Assembly (NCBI GenBank): GCA_015055905.1 | Contig: SVHI01000001.1 | Location: 5,364 to 69,363, forward strand | DNA: 64,000 nt | Source: Clostridiales bacterium | GTDB taxonomy: Bacteria; Bacillota; Clostridia; Christensenellales; UBA1242 | Reading direction: 5' to 3' | Shown here: one piece after another, positions 25,731 to 35,618 of the stretch | Layout of the letters: each line of letters begins with the position of its first letter | Numbering within the stretch: the stretch's first letter is position 1 | Notes under the pieces: model-generated | What the model was told of the DNA's origin: nothing | Databases searched by the model: none | The model's input: only the letters and a program-made list of their open reading frames with translations | Translations under genes and position numbers: made by a program

Positions 25731-26552
25731 ATGGAACAAAATAAACAATTAAAATTCGAAAGCCCTAGCTTTATCACAAGAATCAAGAGTATGCTTAGCG
25801 TTGACTTTTATAGACTCTTCCACACTCCACTTTTCTATATTTTCATTGCGATTGCTGCAATCATTCCTGCAATGATTATTGGAACAACTGGAATGGAAGG
25901 TTCTCAAACTGGGGCTATTTTCACAAACACTTGGCAAGCGATTGCTGTTGAAAAACCACTTTATGTTATTGAAAACATCGGTCAATATGCCAATATGAAT
26001 ATGGTTTTCATTTTTGGTGGAATTATGGTTTCAATCTTCATTGGCCACGACTACAAGAGTGGATATGTAAAACAACTTTTCACAACCCACGCAAAAAAGC
26101 AAGACTATATGATTTCAAAATCACTCACTTGCGCGTTTGCTATGGTTTGTATGTGCGGAACATACTTGGTTGGAACTGTTCTTGCTGGTGCACTTGTTGG
26201 CTTGTCATTCAAGGTCAACTTTGGTTCACTTGTTTGTGCACTTCTCGGCAAGGTTATAATGAGCCTTGGTTGGGCAAGTCTTTACACATTCTTGAACGTA
26301 ATTTTTAGAAAATATTTCGCAGTTTCAATTTTGTCATCATTCTTCTTTGGAACTGGCATTTTGATTATCGGCGCAGCAGCAATTCTTGGCAACAGCGCAG
26401 TGCTTAATATTTTCTTATATGGCTCATCAGTTTACGCGTGCCTTTCAAGCAACTTTGTTTCAGTTTTGGTTTGCTTGCTTTGTTCAGTAGTCTGGTCAGT
26501 TATCTACAACGTTCTTGGAACTTATATTTTAAATAAGAGTGATGTTTATTAA
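25731..26552 (+). CDS. ABC-2-type transporter permease (module 1)
   Basis: 273 aa with six or more hydrophobic segments; starts 2 nt after the ATPase stop. Confidence 0.8.
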   Translation: MEQNKQLKFESPSFITRIKSMLSVDFYRLFHTPLFYIFIAIAAIIPAMIIGTTGMEGSQTGAIFTNTWQAIAVEKPLYVIENIGQYANMNMVFIFGGIMVSIFIGHDYKSGYVKQLFTTHAKKQDYMISKSLTCAFAMVCMCGTYLVGTVLAGALVGLSFKVNFGSLVCALLGKVIMSLGWASLYTFLNVIFRKYFAVSILSSFFFGTGILIIGAAAILGNSAVLNIFLYGSSVYACLSSNFVSVLVCLLCSVVWSVIYNVLGTYILNKSDVY

Positions 26553-26563
26553 GGAGGAAGGGT

Positions 26564-27469
26564 ATGAACGCTATTGAAATTAGAAACTTAACAAAAAGCT
26601 TTGGCGAAAAACTAGCCCTTTCTGGTCTTAATATGACCGTTCCAGAGGGCTCAATTTATGGCTTTATTGGAGAAAACGGAAGCGGAAAGTCAACAACTGA
26701 AAAAATCATTTGTGGGCTAATTCACAAAACTGGTGGTTCTGTTAAACTTTATGACAAAGACCACACCGACATCGATGTTCGTGCAAGCGTTGGCGTTTTA
26801 ATTGAATCGCCAGGCTGTTATCCAGGTTATAGTGTTTGGAACAATCTTATGCTCCAAGCAACAAACCTTAGGCTTAAAAACAAAGAAGACGAAGTTAGAA
26901 AAGTTCTAAAACTGGTTAGAATGGAAGGTGCTGCGTCAAATAAATTCAAAAACTGTTCACTTGGTATGAAACAAAGAATCGGCATTGCAATGGCACTTTT
27001 AGGAAACCCTAAGTTATTGGTTCTTGACGAGCCAATCAATGGCTTAGATGCCGATGGTATGCGTATTATGCGTGAAATTTTAACCGACATCGCAAAGAGC
27101 GGTTCTACTGTATTGGTTTCATCACACATTTTGGGCGAACTTGAAAAAATTGCAACTCACTACGGAATTATTCGTGGCGGAAAAATGATTGTTGAAATGA
27201 CCGCTGAAGAACTTGAAAATAGTTGTCCAACATTTGTTGCACTCCAAACAAAAGACCTCAAAAACACAAAAGAAGTTTTGGAGAAAAAATATTCAAAAGT
27301 TCGCTACGACGAAGAAAAAGAATACCTTCGTGTTTATGATGCTGAAAGTCCAGAAGAGGTTGCAAAATTCCTTTATGATAACAAGATTATTATAAATGAA
27401 CTCAAAACCGACAAAATTGGTCTTGAGGAATATTACATCAACCTTATGAATGACAAGGAGGGAAAATAG
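26564..27469 (+). CDS. ABC transporter ATP-binding protein (module 2, paralog of 24827-25729)
   Basis: 301 aa, collinear with module 1. Long identical DNA runs occur, e.g. GGTATGCGTATTATGCGTGAAATTTT in both genes. Confidence 0.93.
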   Translation: MNAIEIRNLTKSFGEKLALSGLNMTVPEGSIYGFIGENGSGKSTTEKIICGLIHKTGGSVKLYDKDHTDIDVRASVGVLIESPGCYPGYSVWNNLMLQATNLRLKNKEDEVRKVLKLVRMEGAASNKFKNCSLGMKQRIGIAMALLGNPKLLVLDEPINGLDADGMRIMREILTDIAKSGSTVLVSSHILGELEKIATHYGIIRGGKMIVEMTAEELENSCPTFVALQTKDLKNTKEVLEKKYSKVRYDEEKEYLRVYDAESPEEVAKFLYDNKIIINELKTDKIGLEEYYINLMNDKEGK

Positions 27470-27470
27470 T

Positions 27471-28265
27471 ATGAAGTTTGAAAAAAATACTTTCAAAAAG
27501 AGACTATCAAGTATGCTTGCTGTTGACTTTAGAAGAGCATTCACAAGCCCTCTTTATTATTTGATGGTTGGAATTTCTCTTGTTATTCCAATCTTAATCT
27601 TGGTTATGGTCACAATGATGGACGGTTCAGTTTCAGTCAATCCACAAACTGGCGAAGAAACAATTATGAAAGGGTTTGATACAGTTTGGCAAATCATCGG
27701 CTCCGCTGGTGGTGCGGGTGCAATGAGTATGGACATCACAAGTATGTGTAACATTAATATGATGTATTTCGCAGTTGCTGTGTTTGTTTGCATTTTTATT
27801 AGCGACGACTTTAGAAGCGGCTATGCGAAAAACTTGTTCACGGTTCGTTCTAAAAAAGACGACTATATCATTTCAAAAATGGCAATCAGTTTTGTTGCTG
27901 GAGCAAGTATGCTTATTGCATTCTTTATCGGCTCAATGATTGGCGGTAAGGTGGCGGGGCTTTCATTTGACCTTGGTTCAGTGTCTGCCGCAAATGTCGT
28001 TATGAGTATGCTTTCAAAGATTTTCCTTGTTTCAATCTTTGCTGCAATCTTTGTTATGGCTGCAGTCATTGCAAAGCAAAAATTATGGCTTTCAATATTG
28101 CTTTCACTTGGCATTGGAATGTTGTTCTTCACAATGGTTCCAATCATCACTCCTCTCGATGCAGGAATTGTTAATGTTATTCTCTGCTTGGTGGGTGGTG
28201 CAATTTTTAGTGTAGGCATTGGCATTGGGTCATATCACATTTTAAGAAAAACAAATATTGTTTAA
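27471..28265 (+). CDS. ABC-2-type transporter permease (module 2)
   Basis: 264 aa from ATG 27471 (MKFEKNTFKKRLSSMLAVDFRRAF...). The N-terminus parallels permease 1 (SFITRIKSMLSVDFYRLF). Confidence 0.8.
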   Translation: MKFEKNTFKKRLSSMLAVDFRRAFTSPLYYLMVGISLVIPILILVMVTMMDGSVSVNPQTGEETIMKGFDTVWQIIGSAGGAGAMSMDITSMCNINMMYFAVAVFVCIFISDDFRSGYAKNLFTVRSKKDDYIISKMAISFVAGASMLIAFFIGSMIGGKVAGLSFDLGSVSAANVVMSMLSKIFLVSIFAAIFVMAAVIAKQKLWLSILLSLGIGMLFFTMVPIITPLDAGIVNVILCLVGGAIFSVGIGIGSYHILRKTNIV

Positions 28266-28338
28266 CACCTTTTCTCGTAAACTCGTAAGAATATTTGCAC
28301 CAATGCTTTAATTGTTTATAATATAACTAGAGGTTTAT

Positions 28339-29220
28339 ATGATTAACTGGAAAAAAGTAGGGCTAAATTTATTATATCCGCATCTTGCTGTTATTTTGCT
28401 ATTAACACCTATATCGGTGGCTTTTTTGGTGTTCTCTTTAATTTATTTTGACCAAACATCAATCGTGGCAATCATTTCTTATTTGCTCGCGTTTTATGTT
28501 TTGTTGGTTGTCTGTTTTAGAGTCCCAAGAATGATTCAATTTTTCAAAAAGGTTAAGCACGAAAACAAGTATGTGAAAAAATATTTCAGTGATGTTCGAT
28601 TGAGAATGAATATTTCACTCTATGGCTCACTTATCTGGAATGTTGCGTTTGCAATTTTTCAACTTTGGCTTGGCTTTAAAGATAATTCTCTTTGGTTTTA
28701 TTCAATGTTTGCATACTATGCAATTTTGGCAGTAATGAGATTCTTTTTAGTTAGGCACACAAGAGCCTATGACATAAAGGAAAATGAAGAAAAAGAAATC
28801 AAAAATGCAAACCTATGTGGCTGGTTGCTTTTAGTGATGAACCTTGCTCTTGCGGTAATCATCACATTTATTGTTGTGTGGAATAGAACGTTCTATTATC
28901 ACGAAATCACAACAATCACACTTGCAGCCTACACTTTCACAACATTCACTTTTGCAATAATAAATATTGTTAGATACAGAAAATATGAAAGTCCTGTCTA
29001 TTCGTCAGCAAAAGCAATTTCGCTTATTGCAGCGACGGTTTCAATGCTAACCTTAGAAACTGCAATGCTCACAACATTCAGCACAGGTGATGACGCAGGC
29101 TTTAGGCAATTAATGCTTGCCTTAACAGGAGCCGCAGTCACCATATTTGCAATTACAATGGCAGTGCTTATCATCATAAAAAACACAAAAAAATTAAAAC
29201 AACTAAAGACTTCTAAATAG
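28339..29220 (+). CDS. Polytopic membrane protein, unknown function
   Basis: 293 aa with about 7-8 hydrophobic helices; no recognised motif. Confidence 0.65.
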   Translation: MINWKKVGLNLLYPHLAVILLLTPISVAFLVFSLIYFDQTSIVAIISYLLAFYVLLVVCFRVPRMIQFFKKVKHENKYVKKYFSDVRLRMNISLYGSLIWNVAFAIFQLWLGFKDNSLWFYSMFAYYAILAVMRFFLVRHTRAYDIKENEEKEIKNANLCGWLLLVMNLALAVIITFIVVWNRTFYYHEITTITLAAYTFTTFTFAIINIVRYRKYESPVYSSAKAISLIAATVSMLTLETAMLTTFSTGDDAGFRQLMLALTGAAVTIFAITMAVLIIIKNTKKLKQLKTSK

Positions 29221-29233
29221 GAAGTCTTTTTTT
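29205..29233 (+). terminator. Rho-independent terminator
   Basis: AAAGACTTC-taaatag-GAAGTCTTT plus a T-run; overlaps the stop codon. Confidence 0.8.
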
Positions 29234-29290
29234 CTTGCAAAATAACTTTATATATGTTCACTTTTGCGCTTATTGTGTTATAATAGTTCT

Positions 29291-31294
29291 ATGAAAATAT
29301 TGTCGCCTGCGGGCAATTTAGAAAGTTTAAAAATGGCGGTTTACAATGGCGCCGATGAAGTTTATCTTGGGATAAACAATTTTAACGCGCGCAATAATAT
29401 TGATGGGTTTTCGTTGGAAAATTTAGAGCAGGGTGTTGATTTTGCTCACTTGCACGGCGTTAAGGTTAACCTCGCAATCAATATCTTGTTTGCTGATGAC
29501 GAACTCCAAAACGCACTCGACACCATTGTTGATGCAAGAAACCTTGGAGTTGATTGTTTCATTATTCAAGACTTGGGCTTAGTTAGTCTTGTTCACAAAC
29601 ATTATCCAGAAATAGAAATTCACGCCAGCACCCAAATGGCAATTCACAATTTAGAGGGTGTGAAAGCGATTGAAAAGTTTGGTTTCAAGAGAGTGGTTCT
29701 TGCCAGAGAAACTCCACTTGAGGAAATTAAAAGAATAAAAGAAAATTCAAATATTGAAATTGAATATTTTGCACAAGGTGCACTTTGCGTTTCTTTTTCA
29801 GGCAACTGTTATATTAGTTCATACTTGTGTAATGCCAGCGGAAACCGCGGGAAGTGCAAACAACTTTGCCGTTTGCCTTACACTTTGGAGTTTGAAGGCA
29901 ATGTGCTTAAAAAAGGGCATCTTTTGAGTGCAAAAGATTTCAATATGATAACTCGACTTGAAGACTTAAAAAACGCTGGAGTTGATGTTCTTAAAATTGA
30001 GGGCAGGGCAAGACGCCCAGCCTATGTTGCAATGACAACTAGAGAATATTATAATGCTATTCACGGGAAGCCTGTTAACGACGACAACTTGAAACTCGGT
30101 TTTAATCGTGAGTATACACCAGGCTATTTTGATGGCAATGGAAGCATTATTTCAGGGTTTCATAATCACATAGGAATCAAGGTTGGCAAGGTTGAAAAAG
30201 TCAATAATGGCAAAAAGTTCAATGAGGTTTATTTTTCTTCAAATAGAGTCCTTTCTCAAAAATCAACTTTTAAATTCTTTAGAGGAAAAGAAGAGAAAAA
30301 CACATTAACAGCATTTGATTTAACTCAAATTTCAAAGGGTAAATATAAACTCACAACAACCCAAAAAGTTAGCGTGGGTGATAGTGTTCATTTGATTTTA
30401 GATGCCGCCCTTGAAGATGAAACTTTATCGTTCGTAAAAAAGAAAAATATAAAAATACAAATTTATGCAACTCGTGGAAAACCTCTCAAGGCATACTTTG
30501 ATGCAAACGGTGAAACAGTTGAGGTTATGAGTTATGTGTTAGAGCCTGCGGCAAAACAACCTCTCACAGAAAACGACCTTATTTCAAACTTCAAAAAGAA
30601 CGAGTTGTTTGATGCTGAACTTGAAATTAAACATTTAGATAGCGTATTCATTCCAACGAAACTCTTAAATGAATTTAGAAGAAATGTGTTTGATAAGGCT
30701 TTTGAGTCTTTCACAAAAAACGCAAAAATGTCTTTAAAAAAGGTAGAAATTCAGCAAAAAATAGCAAAAAATACACTAAAAAACTTTGAAATTATTGAAA
30801 ATTTAAATAAAAAGACTGATGCAAACACTGTTATTTATTCGCCTGATGTTTATGATTTAAAAGATGTAAATAAGTTCAAAACCATTTGTGAAAATGAAGG
30901 GAAAACACCTTATCTTGACCTTCCAAACTTTGTGCTTGAAAAGGATATCAAATTTTTAAAAGAGATAATTGATGAAACAAAAATAGGCATTGTTGCGAAC
31001 AATTATTACGCATTAAATTTAACTGATAATGTTATTATTGGTGCTGGTCTCAATGTTTATAACAGCACTACAGCGAGTGTTTTAGACAAACCATTTATTA
31101 CTGCAGAAAGTGACTTGGGTGAGCGAATTAATTATCCTTATATGACGCTTAGGCATTGTCCAATGAAATCACATCTAAATGCAAGTTGTGCAAATTGTCC
31201 ATATAAAGACGGCTATACATATAAAATGGATAATGGAAAAGTTTTAAAACTTAAACGAAAAAAACTTTCTTCTTGCACATTTTATCTTATCTAA
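29291..31294 (+). CDS. Peptidase U32 family protein (long form with C-terminal extension)
   Basis: 667 aa from ATG 29291 (MKILSPAGN...); U32 signature EYFAQGALCVSFSGNCYIS and a CKQLCR cysteine cluster. Confidence 0.88.
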   Translation: MKILSPAGNLESLKMAVYNGADEVYLGINNFNARNNIDGFSLENLEQGVDFAHLHGVKVNLAINILFADDELQNALDTIVDARNLGVDCFIIQDLGLVSLVHKHYPEIEIHASTQMAIHNLEGVKAIEKFGFKRVVLARETPLEEIKRIKENSNIEIEYFAQGALCVSFSGNCYISSYLCNASGNRGKCKQLCRLPYTLEFEGNVLKKGHLLSAKDFNMITRLEDLKNAGVDVLKIEGRARRPAYVAMTTREYYNAIHGKPVNDDNLKLGFNREYTPGYFDGNGSIISGFHNHIGIKVGKVEKVNNGKKFNEVYFSSNRVLSQKSTFKFFRGKEEKNTLTAFDLTQISKGKYKLTTTQKVSVGDSVHLILDAALEDETLSFVKKKNIKIQIYATRGKPLKAYFDANGETVEVMSYVLEPAAKQPLTENDLISNFKKNELFDAELEIKHLDSVFIPTKLLNEFRRNVFDKAFESFTKNAKMSLKKVEIQQKIAKNTLKNFEIIENLNKKTDANTVIYSPDVYDLKDVNKFKTICENEGKTPYLDLPNFVLEKDIKFLKEIIDETKIGIVANNYYALNLTDNVIIGAGLNVYNSTTASVLDKPFITAESDLGERINYPYMTLRHCPMKSHLNASCANCPYKDGYTYKMDNGKVLKLKRKKLSSCTFYLI

Positions 31295-31326
31295 AAACGA
31301 CTTGAATAATTTTCAAGTCGTTTTTT
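31294..31326 (+). terminator. Rho-independent terminator
   Basis: AAAACGACTTGAA-taatt-TTCAAGTCGTTTT plus T's. Confidence 0.85.
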
Positions 31327-31393
31327 CTTATTTTCAGTTGTGTCTATAATGCTTTGTGTGCTACGATTTATTTATCAAACCATTGGAGAAATT

Positions 31394-32446
31394 ATGGAAA
31401 AAACATTTGGTTCTTTTTTAAGAGAAAAACGACAAGAAAAAAATCTCACACAAAGAGAGCTCGCAAAGATTTTGTTTGTCACGGAGTCTGCTGTCAGCAA
31501 GTGGGAAAAAGATGTTTCCCACCCAGATATAACTCTTTTACCAAAACTTGCAGAAACCCTTGGGGTGACAGAGCACGAACTTATCACGGCTAGTGTGGAC
31601 AATGAATCGAGACAAGAAAAGGCACAGGCGAGAAAATGGAGAAGGCTTTCATTTTCTTGGGATTTGTTTTTCTATATTTCATACATCATTGCACTTATTC
31701 CTTGTTTTATATGTGACCTTGCAATCAACAAGGGGCTCACTTGGTTTTGGATTGTTTTGTCTGCATTAGTGCTGAGTTTTTCTTTTACAAACCTTCCAAA
31801 ATTTATTAAAAAATATAAACTAGTTTTAATTCCTTTGTCCCAGTTTTTGGCGCTATGTTTGCTCCTAGCAGTTTGTGCAATTTATACAAAAGGTAATTGG
31901 TTGTTTATTGCCGCAATTAGTGTGTTTTTAGGATTAATTATAATATTTTTACCAATCATTATTTCAAGATATAAGTTTTTTGAAAAGGTTCAAAAATATA
32001 ATGACTTTATTTCAATTGCCGTCGACTTTATTGTTTTAAATATTCTGCTTATTATTGTTGACCACTATTGTGTGTCAAATGGATTTGCAACAAATCACTG
32101 GTATTTGCCGCTTGCTTTTCCAATTACACTAGTTGTTTATTTGGTTTTAAACTTGCTTTTGAGTATAAAATTTTTACCATTAAGCAGACTCTTAAAAACA
32201 AGTATAGTGCTATTCTTAATAAATCTATTTTTATACATTCCTCCAATGTTCATAAAGGTGCGCAATCCAGAACTTCAAAGAGGAATTACAGGTGCCAACA
32301 TTTTAAAAGCAGACCTTTCCGTCTGGAAAGCTGACCCTACCCTCGAACCAAATGTTCACCTCCTCATTTTCTTAACAATGCTAACCCTCTCACTCACATT
32401 CCTAACCTTTGGTTTCATTAAACACATCAAAACTAAAAATAAATAA
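31394..32446 (+). CDS. Membrane-anchored XRE-family HTH regulator
   Basis: 350 aa from ATG 31394. N-terminal HTH FLREKRQEKNLTQRELAKILFVTESAVSKWEKDVSHPD followed by about 7 TM helices. Confidence 0.82.
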   Translation: MEKTFGSFLREKRQEKNLTQRELAKILFVTESAVSKWEKDVSHPDITLLPKLAETLGVTEHELITASVDNESRQEKAQARKWRRLSFSWDLFFYISYIIALIPCFICDLAINKGLTWFWIVLSALVLSFSFTNLPKFIKKYKLVLIPLSQFLALCLLLAVCAIYTKGNWLFIAAISVFLGLIIIFLPIIISRYKFFEKVQKYNDFISIAVDFIVLNILLIIVDHYCVSNGFATNHWYLPLAFPITLVVYLVLNLLLSIKFLPLSRLLKTSIVLFLINLFLYIPPMFIKVRNPELQRGITGANILKADLSVWKADPTLEPNVHLLIFLTMLTLSLTFLTFGFIKHIKTKNK

Positions 32447-32452
32447 ATATTT

Positions 32453-32478
32453 AAAAGCCAACTCTCCGTTGGCTTTTT
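32453..32478 (+). terminator. Rho-independent terminator
   Basis: AAAAGCCAAC-tctcc-GTTGGCTTTTT. Confidence 0.85.
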
Positions 32479-32545
32479 ATTGAAAAATATTTTTAATATT
32501 TTTAGTTTTATTGTATAATGGTTTTTAATAAGAGGAAGAAAGTTT

Positions 32546-33088
32546 ATGAAACATCTAGGCACGCAAAGGCTTGAAACGGAAAGGCTTGTTTTGAGAAGAT
32601 TGAAGGTGGAAGATGCTGAGCCGCTTTTTTATGGGCTTAGGAATCAGCCTGAGTTTTTGTATTATACAAATAAAGAAAAAATTAGTCTTGAAAAACAAAA
32701 GGAAGCGTTTTTGGAATTAGAAGAAAAATACCAAAACAACGAGTATTACAACTGGGCGATTGTGTTAAAGGAAACCGATGATATCGTTGGTATGATTAAC
32801 TTTAGAGTTGAAAACAAAAATGACAGTGTTGAGTTTAACTATGCAACAGACAACCGATTCACTGGGCGCGGATTTATGACTGAGGCACTAAGGGCTGTTA
32901 CTGAATTTGCATTTGAAAAGATGAAAGTAAATAGAATTCAGGGTGGTTGCGTTGTCAAGAATATTGCGTCAAAAAGAGTTATTGAAAAATGTGGCTACGA
33001 GTTTGAAGGTGTTTTGAAAAACTATGTCAAACTCAGTGATGGCTATCACGATATGAATATGTTTGCAATTACAAAAAAGAGAGGTTAG
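32546..33088 (+). CDS. GNAT-family N-acetyltransferase (RimJ/RimL-like)
   Basis: 180 aa; TERLVLRRLKVEDAE...RFTGRGFMTEALRAVTEFAF acetyl-CoA-binding pattern. Confidence 0.85.
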   Translation: MKHLGTQRLETERLVLRRLKVEDAEPLFYGLRNQPEFLYYTNKEKISLEKQKEAFLELEEKYQNNEYYNWAIVLKETDDIVGMINFRVENKNDSVEFNYATDNRFTGRGFMTEALRAVTEFAFEKMKVNRIQGGCVVKNIASKRVIEKCGYEFEGVLKNYVKLSDGYHDMNMFAITKKRG

Positions 33089-33090
33089 TT

Positions 33091-33537
33091 ATGGATATCT
33101 GGGAAAGATTATATGAGGCAGCAAAGAAAGAATATCATCCAGAAGAGGTGTCGCCATTCATTGATGCGCACCACGTTGTTGCGGCGATTGAAGCGGAAGA
33201 TGGAACAATCTATTCTGGTTTTTGTATTGAAGGTGCAAGCGGTGTTATTGCTTTATGCGCGGAGCGAGTTGCAGGGCTTAAGATGTATATGATGAGCGGT
33301 CAAACTGTTGCAAAAAGAATGATTGCATTTAGACAGGAGCCTCCAAGAGGAACGGGTGGTATGCCTTGTGGTGCTTGCCGAGAATTTTTTATGCAACTAT
33401 CTAGCAAAAATAAAGATATGGAAATTTTGGTTAACTATGACACAAAAGAAACGGTTAAACTTGAAGATTTGATTCCTGGTTGGTGGGGCTGGAGACGATA
33501 TAAAGAGGCCGAAAACAAAGGGGAAAATAATGATTAA
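33091..33537 (+). CDS. Cytidine / blasticidin-S deaminase-family zinc enzyme
   Basis: 148 aa with the zinc motifs LCAERVA and PCGACREF. Overall layout resembles small tetrameric CDA and Bsr-type deaminases. Confidence 0.8.
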   Translation: MDIWERLYEAAKKEYHPEEVSPFIDAHHVVAAIEAEDGTIYSGFCIEGASGVIALCAERVAGLKMYMMSGQTVAKRMIAFRQEPPRGTGGMPCGACREFFMQLSSKNKDMEILVNYDTKETVKLEDLIPGWWGWRRYKEAENKGENND

Positions 33538-34240
33538 AGCGGTTTTATTTGATTTAGATGGAACACTCCTTCCTTTGGATATGGATTTGTTTATTAAGGC
33601 GTATTTTAAAGGTCTCGCTGTTAAGATTGCGCCTCACGGATATGACCCTAATGAGGTGGTTCCTGCGGTTTATGCTGGTGTTGCTGCAATGACAAAGAAT
33701 GACGGAACAAAAACAAACGAACAAGCATTTTGGGATAGATTTGCAGAGATTTTGGGTGAAGGAATTAGAAATCACGTTTCAACATTTGATGAGTTTTATA
33801 GGACAGAATTTCAAAAGGTTAAAGATATTTGTGGATTTAATGAAAAATCTAAAAAAATAGTAGAAAAATGCAAAGAAATGGGTCTTCGAACCATTCTTGC
33901 CACAAGCCCGCTCTTTCCAAAAATTGGAACAGAGAGCAGAATTCGCTGGGCGGGTCTAGCACCAGAAGATTTTGAGTTTTTTACAACCTATGAAGATTTC
34001 CATTTCTGCAAACCAAACCTTGGATATTATAAAGAAGTTTTAAACAGGGCAGGTCTTGCACCAGAAGAATGTTTAATGGTCGGCAATGATGTTAGGGAAG
34101 ATATGGTCGCAAAAGAACTTGGAATGAAGGTTTTTCTTTTAACTGATTGTTTAATCAATAAAAAAGAACAAGACATAACAGAATTCCCAAGAGGAAACTT
34201 TGATGACCTTGAAGAATTCATTGATAATCTTAACAATTAA
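33530..34240 (+). CDS. HAD-superfamily hydrolase
   Basis: 236 aa; motif I FDLDGTLL, motif IV GNDVRED; 8-nt overlap with the upstream gene. Confidence 0.88.
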   Translation: MIKAVLFDLDGTLLPLDMDLFIKAYFKGLAVKIAPHGYDPNEVVPAVYAGVAAMTKNDGTKTNEQAFWDRFAEILGEGIRNHVSTFDEFYRTEFQKVKDICGFNEKSKKIVEKCKEMGLRTILATSPLFPKIGTESRIRWAGLAPEDFEFFTTYEDFHFCKPNLGYYKEVLNRAGLAPEECLMVGNDVREDMVAKELGMKVFLLTDCLINKKEQDITEFPRGNFDDLEEFIDNLNN

Positions 34241-34269
34241 TTCACGCATTAAAATTAAAAAAATTACGC

Positions 34270-34305
34270 AAAAAAAAAGAGTTGGATTTTTGTCCAACTC
34301 TTTTA
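34270..34305. terminator. Bidirectional terminator (HAD gene / antiporter gene)
   Basis: A-run, GAGTTGGA-tttttg-TCCAACTC, T-run. Confidence 0.8.
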
Positions 34306-34320
34306 ACTATTTAAATTATT

Positions 34321-35334
34321 TTAGAAACAGTAGTTTCTAACGATAGCAAAGGCGATATACGCAATGTATAGTGAGAGTAAGAAAGCGCCTTCTTTTCGGT
34401 TGATATCATTCTTTCTTGAACAAAGAATAACAAAGACTATTGTTATTCCTAAAAGAATTGCAACATCTGTTAAAATAACACTTGAAACAGGTGCTTGACC
34501 AATGAGTGAAACAGAACCTAAGATAAGTGAAATATTCATTATGTTCGAGCCAATAACATTTCCAAGCGCAAGGTCATTTTCGCCTTTTTTTGCAGCAACC
34601 ACTGAAGTAACAAGTTCAGGAAGACTTGTTCCAACAGCAACGATTGTGAGACCAACCAAAGCTTCGCTCATACCCATTTTAAGTGCAAGGTATTGGGCTG
34701 TTGTTGAAACACATTCGCCGCCAAACACTACAGCAGCAAGACCAAGAACCAAACAAAGAATAATTTGCCAAATCTTCATTTGTTTTTTATTTTGTTCTGC
34801 ATTTAATTCTTCTGCGGTTTTAAGATATTTTTCTTGTTTAATTTGGCGTTTTCTTTTTCTATTTGCATTTGAAATAAGAATGTAAAGATAAAGAACTAAA
34901 ATAAGCAAGAATAAAATACTTTCAGTTCTTGAAAGAACATTTGAGCTAGCGCCATTTAAAAATGTATCTAAACTGAAAAGTAAGAGTGCAGCGGTGACAA
35001 CAATCAAAAATGGGAAGTCAATTTTTCTTGTTGAAGCAGACATTGGAACTGGAGAAAATAATGAAATTAAGCCTAGAACAACTAACATATTAAAAAGGTT
35101 TGAGCCAACAACATTTCCAACAGACATATCAATGCTTCCGTTGATTGCACTGGTGATGCTAACTGAAAGTTCAGGAAGGCTTGTTCCAAGAGCAACGATT
35201 GTGAGTCCTATAAAAAGTGAAGGAACTTTGAGTCTTTCAGCAACTGCGCTTGCACCAGAAACAAAAAAGTCTGCACCCTTAATTAAAAGTGCCATACCGA
35301 CAATTAAAAATAAGATGTTTAAAAAGACAGCCAT
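34321..35334 (-). CDS. Ca2+/cation antiporter (CaCA family, YrbG-like)
   Basis: 337 aa; two alpha-repeats GTSLPELSVS and GTSLPELVTS separated by a charged loop. Confidence 0.88.
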   Translation of the reverse strand: MAVFLNILFLIVGMALLIKGADFFVSGASAVAERLKVPSLFIGLTIVALGTSLPELSVSITSAINGSIDMSVGNVVGSNLFNMLVVLGLISLFSPVPMSASTRKIDFPFLIVVTAALLLFSLDTFLNGASSNVLSRTESILFLLILVLYLYILISNANRKRKRQIKQEKYLKTAEELNAEQNKKQMKIWQIILCLVLGLAAVVFGGECVSTTAQYLALKMGMSEALVGLTIVAVGTSLPELVTSVVAAKKGENDLALGNVIGSNIMNISLILGSVSLIGQAPVSSVILTDVAILLGITIVFVILCSRKNDINRKEGAFLLSLYIAYIAFAIVRNYCF

Positions 35335-35558
35335 TTATTTTTTCCTTTGTAAAAAATTTCCAATAAGATTATAGCACTAAAGTATAAAAAAATAAAGCGA
35401 TATTTAAAATTTTAAATTAAATTAAAAATCGGCTCAAAAATGTATTTTTATAATTAAAATTTACAAAAATATGCAATTTAAAACAAAAATTAAAATAGTT
35501 TTTATTGTGTAGATTGTCCGCTTTATATTTGCAGACTTAAAAATAAGATTTCCAGGCG

Positions 35559-35587
35559 TTGACAATAAAAATGAATTGTTATATTAT
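35559..35587 (+). promoter_or_regulatory. Promoter of the MscS-family gene
   Basis: TTGACA - 17 nt - TATTAT. Confidence 0.6.
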
Positions 35588-35618
35588 TTTCTGTAGAGAT
35601 TAATCAAAGGAGAAAATT

